NCBI GenBank assembly: GCA_963828495.1
Contig: CAWHFJ010000009.1
Location: forward strand, 170,338 to 234,337
Length of the DNA: 64,000 nt
Direction of reading: 5' to 3'
Source of the DNA: Candidatus Omnitrophota bacterium
GTDB taxonomy: Bacteria > Omnitrophota > Gorgyraeia > Zapsychrales > Fredricksoniimonadaceae
Part shown: piece by piece, positions 47,651 to 57,761 of the stretch
Position numbering within the stretch: position 1 is the first letter of the stretch
How the letters are laid out: the number at the start of each line of letters is the position of its first letter
Position numbers and translations under genes: made by a program
The notes under the pieces: model-generated
Databases searched by the model: none
Told to the model about the DNA's origin: nothing
What the model saw: only the letters and a program-made list of their open reading frames with translations

Positions 47651-50600
47651 CTACGGGTTATCCGCCAAACCCAAAAACTGCCTCAAGTCTGTCATCGGCC
47701 GGATATTAATAATCACCGGCACAAAGCCTGTGGCATTTTGTAACTGCCTTAGCACGGCAGGGTCAAGATGAAATTTGATCCCTTCAGCGGTGTTGCGGCC
47801 ACTTAGATCGATCTTACTAGAAGTAAAGTCAATACCCCCTGCTTGGTGAATACGGGATGTCATGGCCATACTTTTCTCTGAAACAACATCCGGCCCCTGG
47901 TGGCTCCTGCGGTCTTTTTCCTGTTTAGCCCAGGAAAAAATGAGCGACTCGGCACTTTGAGGCCCTGCCTTGAAATATGGATGATGAAAAATATCAAGGC
48001 TATCAAGCCAATGGGCAATATAAGGCGATTGTTCGACCCAATGTTCTAAGTATCCTAAATCCAAATGGGAAAAATATTCTTTGAACAATATCTCCAGACC
48101 TTCCATAGGATCAGGCAGTAATGCATCCTTGACATTTTTACCCATTATTTCATCAAATAGATCGAGCATATCTTCAAGACCATCTACGTTAATCCCCTCT
48201 TTTAAAAAAACCACATCTCTTGCATCCTGCTTGGGAAAAAGTTCTACCTGTGCCTTGAGTGCCTGGTGAGAGGTTAAGGTGTCGTAAGACTCTTCTCCGG
48301 CCATTGTTATATCCTGTACATGAAATGACCTCTTAGCCCATCCTGTATTTTGTTTTATGGCTTCCGTCTGGCCTCTTTTTTGTAAAATCCAAGAGAACAG
48401 GGCACTTATAGTTGAAATATTATTATAAGGAATTAATTTCAAATTATACATGGTCCTTGATAGTCGACGGGCCAATCCATCCGGATCAGCATCAAGCAAT
48501 TGAGGGATTTTATTTAACCTATGCGGTGAAAGTGTCCGATTATAGATGAATACAAAATTGACCCCGTCACCGCCTGTATCAACGTTCCCCCTCACAGATA
48601 TCAAATTCCCATGGCCATCAGGAGCAACATATATTCTTCTATAACCTAAAAATTGAATAAAGCTGCCTAGGCCATTAGCCCTATTGCCTGTGGCGATACC
48701 TGCCCTTTGGGCCTCCCCCTCTGTGACTAATCCATATCCAAAAACTAACTCCCCCTCGGTATTTAACCTTATTTGAAACGGAGGACTATTATCGGAAGCA
48801 AATTGTCCTGAACCTTTTATGCCTAACCACGTCCCATCCGGAAGGGGAAAGTAACATTGCCTGCCATTGGCCACCCTGCCATGAAATCCTATGGTCTTAG
48901 GACTGTATTTATCCGTAACACCGACAACTATTTTCGTTTTCCCTTGTCGCGTTAAAGTGTTGGCCAATCCGGCATCCCCCGTCAAAAAACTACTATATGA
49001 TCTTATATAGTCGATCAACGTTTTTCCTCCTATGGCGGTTTCAACCAATTTTTTATTGTAGTACGGCACCATAATAGGCCCCATTTTATTTCCAGGCAAT
49101 ACCTGAAGAAATACCGGTCTTAATGCTGAATCCTCCAGTAAGGCCCTCCTGATGGCTGGGGTAAATAATGGCATTAATTCAGGATAGGCCGTTAATTTTT
49201 CTCTGATGACATAGGCTGCCCATTTTTGTTCCAACGTCCTGTCATCGACATCATCACTATGGGCGGCCTGTTTCCCTGTGGCCTTCATCGCCAGATCCTC
49301 TAAACCCTTTATCAGAGCGTCCGCTTCTTGAGAAACATCCTGTCCTCTGGCTTCCAAAACATCCAAAACCCCGGCCAACAGGCCGGTGTACTGAACTTGA
49401 CGGGCCGTCATTAAAACTTCTCCTTCAAACGGCTGTTCCCTGGGGGGGAGTTCAACGGCCTGAACTTTGTTATCTCTTAATTTATAGGCACCTTGAACGC
49501 TTTCGGTCTTAAAAAAATTATCAATAAACAACCAAGAAAACCCTTCAGGCATGGGTAAAGGATCTTTATAGCCGGATATGTTAACTCTGCCGGGACGAAG
49601 TTTTTGTCTTTTAATGAGCTTTGCTGTATCATCGGACATTACCGGATAAAACATATAATACAATGCCGTGTTGATCGATCCTGGGCCGTCATTAAATTTC
49701 GGCAGATTAAGGCCAAACTTTGCGTTGACCCGATCTATCAATGCGTCGTTGAACAGGGTCTTGATAAAAATGGCTTCTGTTCCCGGTTTATTGGCAATGC
49801 CTGTATCGGTATCCACGATCAATAGATTTTTGGTGTCCGGCGTTAAGATATCTTGATCATAAAGATATTTCACAAATAATTCCGCCTGCTGAGGGTCCCT
49901 GCCGATAGCATTATAATTGCGCATCGTTGCCCAAATACTGTGGATGTTTTCCGGCGGGAAGATCCCTGTCACCTGCGCCATAAGGCGGGCCGCTTCAAAA
50001 AGCGGTTCAGCTCCCGCTTTTAAGAATACGATTTTGGTGGAGGATTTACCATTGGGATACCGCAATGCTTTATCAAAAATGCTATCTAAATACGCCCGAT
50101 ACATTCCTGTCTTTAACAGGACTTGACCGACATTTTTAGCTTTTTGATATATATCGGATAACGCCGGCCCTTCTGTAAATCTTCCGGTTTCTTGTATTCG
50201 ATTGATTATGGAAAAAATACGTTCCTGCCTTAGCGCAGCCCCCCTGCCTACCATGGCCTGATTTTTGGGTAATAGGCCGCTCTCTACGGGGTTTACCGTT
50301 ATGCTAATAATGTTTTCATGGCCACGGTCATCTTGTGGCAACATAGCTAAATCCGTAGTCGTACGGTAAGCCGCAGCCATGGCCTTATTACCAAAATTCG
50401 TTCCTCCTGAAAAATATTTCCTTGGCATTGTCTCTTTGGTTATAGGATCAATGCCCTCCTTAATATAGTTATAAACCCCCTTCTTAAAGGCTTGCAGGTA
50501 GCGTTGGTAGATGGCTTCGACGTCGTTAGGCTCGTTGCTCTGGGGCTCTTTCACATTCAGGCCTTGAATTTTATTTTTATCGTTATACACTTGCGCCAGG

Positions 50601-51496
50601 ATACTATCCTTGATCTTCTTTTTATACCATGTGGCCAAAATAAGGCTGTTGTACACTTGTCGCAATCGGGCAAAATTTTTGCCCTCGTTGACTTCGCGGG
50701 TGAGTTCGGGAATGACTATCTCGCGGACGATGTCGGATCCTAGCTTATTAATGTCGGAGACCCCTCCATACACATGCTTGGACATTGACAGATAATCCTG
50801 CTCAAGCATGACTTTGAGCTTAGCTTCAACCACATACGCCGTCCCTGCTTGCGCATTCTCATACACCACGGCTTTCTCAGGGACTATCCAAACCTTATTA
50901 AATGTGTTTACGGGAATATTCGTCGTTCCCCATTTCTTCACCGCTGCTTCATACATACGCTCCCAAAATTTCTTTCCTATTTTATCCTCAGGATAAATTA
51001 AACTAGCCGTTATCTGCTTAAGCATATAATCTTCCGCCAGCAGGTCGCGCCCCATTGCCGTTTGTCCAAAGGACTCCGGGACAATGCGGTCCTTTTCATA
51101 AGGCGAGAGATTAACCCATAAATCCTTTTCCGGAACAGTCAAACTGGCTAGAAAATATTTAACCAGTTTACCGGATTCGTCTTTAAGGGCGTCGTTAGAT
51201 AACGGGCTGTCGCTACGATCTAAAATAAAATCAAAACGGAAAGGATTATCCGGATGGACTTTGATGCCTTTTAAAATCGGAGGGTTAAATTCAGGGCTTA
51301 AATGGACCATTACCCCGGGCGCAGGTAAACGAAAAACCTCTTGGGCTAAACCCGGGCAAAGGCCCAAAATATTAGCCCCAAAGGCCACAAGTATAGTTAT
51401 AGATATAGCTTTTCTTAGATTTAAATTCATAGGGATAGTGAAAGTATACCCGATATTTTTATACTTTGCCACCCGATGAAGATTTTGGGAGAACAA
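47651..51496 (-). CDS. 1281-aa membrane-anchored/secreted protein; paralog of 12299..15115
   Basis: Shares the N-terminal ~330-aa module and the C-terminal GGIDF..GFVPVIINIRP module with the 938-aa protein. The ~850-aa core is unrelated. Probable start is MNLNLRKAISITILVAF (51430). Confidence 0.7.
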   Translation of the reverse strand: MFSQNLHRVAKYKNIGYTFTIPMNLNLRKAISITILVAFGANILGLCPGLAQEVFRLPAPGVMVHLSPEFNPPILKGIKVHPDNPFRFDFILDRSDSPLSNDALKDESGKLVKYFLASLTVPEKDLWVNLSPYEKDRIVPESFGQTAMGRDLLAEDYMLKQITASLIYPEDKIGKKFWERMYEAAVKKWGTTNIPVNTFNKVWIVPEKAVVYENAQAGTAYVVEAKLKVMLEQDYLSMSKHVYGGVSDINKLGSDIVREIVIPELTREVNEGKNFARLRQVYNSLILATWYKKKIKDSILAQVYNDKNKIQGLNVKEPQSNEPNDVEAIYQRYLQAFKKGVYNYIKEGIDPITKETMPRKYFSGGTNFGNKAMAAAYRTTTDLAMLPQDDRGHENIISITVNPVESGLLPKNQAMVGRGAALRQERIFSIINRIQETGRFTEGPALSDIYQKAKNVGQVLLKTGMYRAYLDSIFDKALRYPNGKSSTKIVFLKAGAEPLFEAARLMAQVTGIFPPENIHSIWATMRNYNAIGRDPQQAELFVKYLYDQDILTPDTKNLLIVDTDTGIANKPGTEAIFIKTLFNDALIDRVNAKFGLNLPKFNDGPGSINTALYYMFYPVMSDDTAKLIKRQKLRPGRVNISGYKDPLPMPEGFSWLFIDNFFKTESVQGAYKLRDNKVQAVELPPREQPFEGEVLMTARQVQYTGLLAGVLDVLEARGQDVSQEADALIKGLEDLAMKATGKQAAHSDDVDDRTLEQKWAAYVIREKLTAYPELMPLFTPAIRRALLEDSALRPVFLQVLPGNKMGPIMVPYYNKKLVETAIGGKTLIDYIRSYSSFLTGDAGLANTLTRQGKTKIVVGVTDKYSPKTIGFHGRVANGRQCYFPLPDGTWLGIKGSGQFASDNSPPFQIRLNTEGELVFGYGLVTEGEAQRAGIATGNRANGLGSFIQFLGYRRIYVAPDGHGNLISVRGNVDTGGDGVNFVFIYNRTLSPHRLNKIPQLLDADPDGLARRLSRTMYNLKLIPYNNISTISALFSWILQKRGQTEAIKQNTGWAKRSFHVQDITMAGEESYDTLTSHQALKAQVELFPKQDARDVVFLKEGINVDGLEDMLDLFDEIMGKNVKDALLPDPMEGLEILFKEYFSHLDLGYLEHWVEQSPYIAHWLDSLDIFHHPYFKAGPQSAESLIFSWAKQEKDRRSHQGPDVVSEKSMAMTSRIHQAGGIDFTSSKIDLSGRNTAEGIKFHLDPAVLRQLQNATGFVPVIINIRPMTDLRQFLGLADNP

Positions 51497-51505
51497 TAAA
51501 AATCA

Positions 51506-52015
51506 TTACAGTGAATAAAGAAACCCCGGTTGCTTTAAAACATGGGGAGGCAGGTATTCTTTTAATTTTCGGCGGATAAGTCTGTTTAAAGATGTCGTGC
51601 TTCCGGGAGCACCCTGATGAGTCCCCTCAAATTGAAGATACGCCATATTAAGACCTACCATACTGTACAACCATTCTTTCTTTTTTTGCCCGACAACGTT
51701 ATACTCCCTGGCTATCTCCGTGTAAGTCTTCGCCATGGCTTCCCTTATTATCAAGTTGATCTGGGGATAACGCGTCTTTTCTAATGCATCAATCGTCTGT
51801 TGCAATGATTGAGTATCGATACCGTAAAGAAGCTGTTTTACGGCTTTAACGCGCTCGATCTCTTGGGCTGTCAAATGCCTGCTTACGGGGCTTTTATGCT
51901 CAACGTAGACTTCATACCTTTCTTCGGCATGAGCGCATACGGTTAAAAATAAGCCTATGATCAAAAAAATAAATCGCTCGCTTTTTTTCATATATCCACA
52001 ATGGGCAAATTTCAA
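51506..52015 (-). CDS. Hypothetical secreted protein (169 aa)
   Basis: Signal-like FIFLIIGLFLTVCAHA. No recognisable family. Lies 10 nt upstream of the 1281-aa gene. Confidence 0.45.
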   Translation of the reverse strand: MKFAHCGYMKKSERFIFLIIGLFLTVCAHAEERYEVYVEHKSPVSRHLTAQEIERVKAVKQLLYGIDTQSLQQTIDALEKTRYPQINLIIREAMAKTYTEIAREYNVVGQKKKEWLYSMVGLNMAYLQFEGTHQGAPGSTTSLNRLIRRKLKEYLPPHVLKQPGFLYSL

Positions 52016-52063
52016 TCACCCCTTATTTTAAATATGTTTTCAATTCTTCCCAAGTCTTTTTAC

Positions 52064-53108
52064 CTAAAATCCTATCGGCTTTAAGGCCGGAGAGTGCGTG
52101 AGACGTCCTGCGAGAAGCCGGGCAATGACAGACCATTTGTCGAATACGAGATAATAGGCCCCGATGGGAGAATCAGGGCTCGTCAAGAGAGCGTCTTCGT
52201 TGGTCCTGTTCTCGCGCCTCTTCAGTCCCAAAAATTCCATCTGGCGCAAGAAATCCCAGGTCCAATCCCGGAGCTCATTTTGATCGTCACCGATAAAAAC
52301 AATGGCATCAACGCCTTCAAGAACAGCTACGCAAGCGCCAATGGTCTTAATAAGCTGATAAGAAAAAATGTCCTGGGCCAATGCCGCCTGGGGACCACCT
52401 AAAGCCTTAAACCCGCTTTCCTGTGATAGTACCTGATAAATATTCTCTACAGAATATCCTGCACAGAAAAGTTGAAAAACAATCGAGGTGTCGATCGGAC
52501 CGCATCCGGTTTGTGAGATGATGCCGTCAAAGTCTGAAAAACCCTGACTGGTCATAACCGGCCTGCCCCCTTTAAGCGCGACCACGTCCGCGCCGTCGTT
52601 AAGAAACACCGTGATGATTTTCCGTCTCTTGGGGGCTTTAACAGCGGCCAGCTTCTTGACCGCCCACTCATGAACAATGCCGTTGCGAGGGTATCTTACA
52701 AGACCGCCTTCAGTATATTCATACACAATAGCATACGACTCTGGCATATTGAGGCATATTTAAAAAAAATGCCGAATCACACACAACGAAATGACGGCAG
52801 CTCTCAAAGCGTTCGGAGCAGAAATTAAAAAGCTCTTTGATCAACATATCATTGCCGGGACCAAAACACGGGGATTCTCCGATATGTGCCGCCAGCGATG
52901 GGGATAGTTCCATAACAGATCGGTCGATCGATTGTCCGGCGTTTTGCACTCGATATCCAACCGCCTTGATCTCATGGTCTTTATTGAATCGGCACAATTT
53001 TTCCTTTAATAGACCGGTTTCCTGTTCTTTCCCCTGCTCAATTGTCCGGTCATTGTCCTTAAGACAATAATGCACAGCCTCTTTATCTGCATCCAACAAC
53101 AAAATCAT
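52064..53108 (-). pseudogene. Degenerate acetate/propionate-kinase-family paralog, split by a 10-bp tandem duplication
   Basis: ORFs 52719..53108 and 52064..52747 together align to an Ack-like fold (CDSAFFLNMP | MPESYAIVYEY..). The GSSS loop is ADKE and the HRxxHGG motif is YRVQNAG. GGCATATT occurs twice (52743-52750 and 52753-52760). Removing one 10-bp unit fuses the two ORFs in frame. Confidence 0.65.
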
Positions 53109-54332
53109 CTCGATCCTCCCAAAATCCGTCCCCCCTCAAGGCAAATCATCAGCTCTTCATCGGTCGGAATGCTCACAATGGCGACCTTCGAGTAAAAAGA
53201 TTGAATAAAAGATGCTTCATCTCTCTTGGCCTGATTATTTTTATCTTTATTGATCTTTATGCCTGCCCAAACCAGGGCCTCACACACTTTTTGGCGGATA
53301 AGCGGATTACCGACACCGATATCATCCGTAAACACGAGCGCGTTCAGGCGGCCTTCCAGCGCAAAAACATAACTGCCGATGTAACTTTTCAGACGGTGAA
53401 TATACATGTCAAAAGCAAGATTGGCCTTTCCCTTAACCTGCTCATCTTTCATGTGACTGATAATGTCCGTAATATCACTCGAAAACCCACAGATCCCGCG
53501 TAAACCACTCTCATTATTCAGCATGGCCTCCATCCGGGCAGGCGCCATCTCTTTGTTTTTGGCCAGATAGAGCAGGAGTGCCGGGTCAATGTCACCGGAA
53601 CGGGTGCTCATGATAAGACCGGAATTGGGCGAAAAGCCCATGGAGGTGTCAATGGAAACACCGTTTTTGACCGCCATGACACTGGCCCCTCCTGTCCCCA
53701 AGTGGCAGACGATCATGTTCAAGCTCTCCGACGGCACATTGAGAAGTTTAGGCATTCGGCTCGCATATATACGAATACGATATCCCATGGAACCCGAACC
53801 GCCGGAATTTGAAACGCTCAATGATCTTGTCAGGCAACGGATAATGATAGGCCTTAGGCGGCATTGTCGAATGAAACGCGGAATCGATCACTACATAATG
53901 CGGAATGTCGGCAAACACCTGCATGGCTTCCTGAATGACGCTAAACGAAATGGGATTATGCAGCGGCGCCAAAGGCAGACACTCTTTGATGTGGCTCAAA
54001 TTTTCAAGGTCAAGGACCGCGGATTGTTTAAAATACTCGCCGCCATGGACAAAGCGATGACCGACAGCGTCTACGTGAATCCCTGTGTTGATGACATGCC
54101 TCGCTGCCAGACGGGCCGCTGTTTTATGATCGGGAATATCGACAATATCCTTGACTGTCTGCCCGTCCCAATTGTTTTCGATATAGGAGCGCTCTGTCCC
54201 TTTGACCCCAACCCGATAGGCCTTGCCTTTGAAAACAAGGTCGACCTTCAGGTTTTCGTGATAATCAAAAACCTTGTAACTTAACGAAGAACTCCCGGCA
54301 TTAAAGATCAGTATATGCATAATGTTTATCAA
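53105..54332 (-). CDS. ackA: Acetate kinase, split by an apparent 1-nt insertion in a (TA)n run (53765-53771)
   Basis: N-part has ILIFNAGSSSLSYKVF, VGHRFVHGG, DSAFHSTMP and FHGISYSYI. C-part has ASRMPKLL..CHLGTGGAS..TRSGDIDP. Skipping base 53765 joins the frames. Confidence 0.8.
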
Positions 54333-55308
54333 AATTTATGGATAAATTGCCCGGATCCAGATTTCTTTTCTGCGCACGGACCACGGTCAAAGCCGTACAA
54401 TCAACAATATCCTCGATAGAACAGCCGCGGGAAAGGTCGCTGCAGGGCTGATGCGTTCCTAAAATAATAGGGCCGATGGCACGGGCATGGGCCAGCCTCT
54501 CGGTTAGCTTATAGCCGATGTTGCCTGCATCAAGGTTCGGGAATATCAAGACATTCGCACGGCCGGCCACATCGCTTGTCCTTACCTTAAATGCCGCGAC
54601 CTCAGGCACCAGCGCGCTGTCAAGCTGAAGCTCTCCGTCGATAAAAAAGTCTTTCTTAAGGTCCTTGGCCAGCTCAACCGATTCACGGACCTTGTCCACA
54701 CAAGCCCCCTCGGCACTGCCCTTAGTCGAAAAACTCAGCATCGCCACCCGGGCCGGTTTATCCATGACGTCCTGAAAAAACTGCGCCGCTGAGACGGCTA
54801 TTTTTGCCAATTCTGCGCTAGTCGGGTCCGGGATGACCCCGCAATCCGCAAAGCATATAATACCATTCTCTCCATAGGTACAGTTCGGAATAGCCATGAG
54901 AAAGGCACTGGTCACGATCCCAATCCGATCATTGATATCAAGGCAGTAAATAGCCGCGCGCATAACGGCCGCCGTAGGATGGACGGCACCGCTCACCATC
55001 CCGTCAGCAAAACCGCAACGCAACATCATGGCCGCGTAAAAATGCTGGTCCTCCATAAGCTCCTGGGCTTTTTGTTGAGTCATCCCCTTATTTTTACGGG
55101 ATTCGTAAAGCAAATAGGCGAACTTTTCCTTCTGAAACGATTCCATATCCTCCTTAGCGAATAGTAGAGGTTGGGCAATCCCTTCACGACGAATGATTTC
55201 GACGGCTTTCAGCACCCGCAGGTCCTCGGTCTCAGGGAAAATAATTATCCTGGGATCCTGCATGGCCTTTTGCCGAATGCGATTAATAACATCCTTATAC
55301 ATAAACAC
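54301..55308 (-). CDS. pta: Phosphate acetyltransferase (short Pta/PTA_PTB family)
   Basis: 335 aa, with the overall Pta-like sequence pattern (IIFPETEDLRVLKA..). Lies immediately upstream of and overlaps ackA. Confidence 0.75.
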   Translation of the reverse strand: MFMYKDVINRIRQKAMQDPRIIIFPETEDLRVLKAVEIIRREGIAQPLLFAKEDMESFQKEKFAYLLYESRKNKGMTQQKAQELMEDQHFYAAMMLRCGFADGMVSGAVHPTAAVMRAAIYCLDINDRIGIVTSAFLMAIPNCTYGENGIICFADCGVIPDPTSAELAKIAVSAAQFFQDVMDKPARVAMLSFSTKGSAEGACVDKVRESVELAKDLKKDFFIDGELQLDSALVPEVAAFKVRTSDVAGRANVLIFPNLDAGNIGYKLTERLAHARAIGPIILGTHQPCSDLSRGCSIEDIVDCTALTVVRAQKRNLDPGNLSINFDKHYAYTDL

Positions 55309-55335
55309 TCCTTTATTTATATTTCACCTATGGTC

Positions 55336-56289
55336 TTAGCCATAAAGACAGGCTTCGTTCTTGCCGTTTACCTTGGCCATATACAGACCTACATTGGCCT
55401 GCAGAAAAAACTCCTGCGCGGTCATGCCGAGAATAAAGCGGGACATCCCCATGCTGCAGGTGATGTTTTTGTCCTTTAGGGCAACCTGAATAGCGTCCTT
55501 GACTTTCTTGGACAGGTCCAAAGCCTCGTCCTTCTTAGTCTCCAGAAGGATAGCTAAAAATTGGTCCTGGGCCTGACGGCAAAGAATATCCGTCGTACGT
55601 AAATTCTCCTTTAATAAACCCGCAACGGTCTTTAATAGTTCATCGCCTTTGGGGCGTCCATTTTTCTGGTTATAATCAGAGAAATTATCCACATCGATCA
55701 TCATCATGCAGGTCGGATGAAAAAGACGCTCGACGCGCCTGATCTCTGCATTCAAACAAATCATAAAATACTGATAGTTATAAAGACCGGTAAGCTGGTC
55801 TTTCATCAGGCCATCGAAATTACCTTCAACATGCTCATCGATGGGGACCAAATCCGGGACCGGACGCTCTTTGGATTTCGTTACGGGCTTCTCTTGAGGG
55901 ACCTCCTCGAGAATCCCTTCTACACCGATCGGCTCTCCCTTCTCGTCACACAACAGTGTGCTGTGGGCAGAAAGGACTATCCGGGTGCCATCCTTGCAAA
56001 GCATATTGACCGGGTAACCTTCCACCTGGCCTTCTGCCATCAATTTCTTCAAGAACTCCCTGCGATCTAGTTTATTTTCATACAACTTCTCCGCCATATT
56101 GAGTCCCAGAACCTCTTTCTTACTGGGATAGCGAAGGATCGTGACTAGAGAATTACTAACAATAGAGATATTACCGTCCTTGTCTGCCACATAAAACCCG
56201 GCATTAAGATTGTCCATGGTTTTCTTGCCCGGGCGATTACGGCTCGCCTCTACCGCTCTTTTTAATCTAGTGCCTATGGCGTCTTTCAT
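55336..56289 (-). CDS. PAS-domain protein with a degenerate GGDEF domain (A-site AQDQF, I-site RTTD retained)
   Basis: LTGLYNYQYF..IDVDNFSDYNQKNGRPKGDELL..RTTDILCRQAQDQFLAILL. The canonical GG(D/E)EF is replaced, while RxxD lies 5 residues upstream. Confidence 0.75.
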   Translation of the reverse strand: MKDAIGTRLKRAVEASRNRPGKKTMDNLNAGFYVADKDGNISIVSNSLVTILRYPSKKEVLGLNMAEKLYENKLDRREFLKKLMAEGQVEGYPVNMLCKDGTRIVLSAHSTLLCDEKGEPIGVEGILEEVPQEKPVTKSKERPVPDLVPIDEHVEGNFDGLMKDQLTGLYNYQYFMICLNAEIRRVERLFHPTCMMMIDVDNFSDYNQKNGRPKGDELLKTVAGLLKENLRTTDILCRQAQDQFLAILLETKKDEALDLSKKVKDAIQVALKDKNITCSMGMSRFILGMTAQEFFLQANVGLYMAKVNGKNEACLYG

Positions 56290-56366
56290 GATCCACTCTC
56301 CTTATAGATATTAAGTGCTGATTAACTATATTAAGCCTGCATTAACAACAGGGCCAAAAAAAATCT

Positions 56367-56921
56367 TTAAAAACTGGGCGGCGTCACAACCCACAGCGCC
56401 TGCGTCTCTCCTTTAAACAAATTCTTAAAAGAATGCGGCGTGCTGGAATTAAAATAGATGCTGTCCCCTTTCTTGATTTTATAACTTTTATCTCCCAGCA
56501 CGATCTCCAAAGAACCCTTCAAAACCAAAACAAACTCCTGACCGTAATGCGAATACGTGGATTCGCCTGAAGCGGCGCTTGCCCCCATCTTAAAAAGAAA
56601 AGGCTGCATCTGTTTATGCGGGCTTGACTCCGATAATAAGTACATCTGAATGCCGCTTCCTGACTGCTTAAAAGCCTTGCGCTGCCTTTCCGTGGTCACC
56701 AGCCGGTCCCCGGGCTGGGTCCCATCATCGTCGATCAGACGGCCGACCGTGGTCTGCAATTGGTCCGCGATGGACTTAAGAGTGGCCAAAGATGGCGAGG
56801 CCTTGCCCCCTTCCACCTGAGACAAGAAGCTCGGACTGACACCGACATCCTTGGCCAATTCACGAAGGGTCATGTCCTGCTCTTCTCTTAAACGCTTGAT
56901 GCTGACACCGATTAGTTTCAT
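56367..56921 (-). CDS. XRE-family HTH transcriptional regulator with a C-terminal cupin domain
   Basis: N-terminal LRELAKDVGVSPSFLSQVEGGK. C-terminal GQEFVLVLKGSLEIV..GDSIYFNSSTPHSFKN. Confidence 0.8.
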   Translation of the reverse strand: MKLIGVSIKRLREEQDMTLRELAKDVGVSPSFLSQVEGGKASPSLATLKSIADQLQTTVGRLIDDDGTQPGDRLVTTERQRKAFKQSGSGIQMYLLSESSPHKQMQPFLFKMGASAASGESTYSHYGQEFVLVLKGSLEIVLGDKSYKIKKGDSIYFNSSTPHSFKNLFKGETQALWVVTPPSF

Positions 56922-57037
56922 AATTCTCCTACTTGAGTGGGAGTATACACGACATCTGGGCTCTTGTCAAGTACCAGTTAACAAAATGTTTATTTGTTAA
57001 CCTGTAGTTAACAAAAATGCTCCTTTTTTAAATAAAT

Positions 57038-57742
57038 TTACCACGCCGCTTCTTTACGGTCCTGAAAGATTTTACCGGTAGGTCCGCCATCGGGTAAGGT
57101 TGCCAGCCACACGGCCGTATCCGCGCCCTCTGCCACAGAGCGCGTGGCGCCGGGGCCGCCCATACGGGTCTTGACCCATCCGGGACACATGCTATTGACT
57201 AAAATATTAGTCCCGGCAAGTTCCGCCGCTAAGACTCTCGTTATGACATTGATCGCTGTCTTTGACATTCGATAAGCCGTATAGCTGCCGCCCATATCGC
57301 TTAATTGGCCCAGACCGCTTGAGATATTGACAATGCGGCCATAATTGTTCTTTTTCATCAGCGGCACCAAGGCCTGACAAAGCAAATAGGGCCCATAAAC
57401 ATTTGTTTCCATAGTTTTGCGCACAGTGGCCACATCCGTATTAAGGAAATTACTGTCCTGATGATCAAGAAAGATGCCCGCATTATTGACTAAACAATCA
57501 CAGCGGCCGAATTCTTGGGTTAAAAAATCCTTTAACTTTAGGATTTGCGAAGGATTGGTCACATCCAATTGGTGGAAACGCACCGGCAATTCACGTTTAT
57601 TAAAATTGGCCACTGCTTCCAATCCATCTTTTTCATTCCGGGAAGTCAGGACTACGATAAAATCCAACCGCGCCAGCTGATGGCAAATTTCATGCCCTAT
57701 CCCACGATTACCTCCGGTAACAACAACGACCCGTTCTTTCAT
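57038..57742 (-). CDS. Short-chain dehydrogenase/reductase (SDR)
   Basis: VTGGNRGIG cofactor motif, NNAG and catalytic YRMSK. Confidence 0.8.
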   Translation of the reverse strand: MKERVVVVTGGNRGIGHEICHQLARLDFIVVLTSRNEKDGLEAVANFNKRELPVRFHQLDVTNPSQILKLKDFLTQEFGRCDCLVNNAGIFLDHQDSNFLNTDVATVRKTMETNVYGPYLLCQALVPLMKKNNYGRIVNISSGLGQLSDMGGSYTAYRMSKTAINVITRVLAAELAGTNILVNSMCPGWVKTRMGGPGATRSVAEGADTAVWLATLPDGGPTGKIFQDRKEAAW

Positions 57743-57761
57743 AAATCTCTCCTATTTCTCA

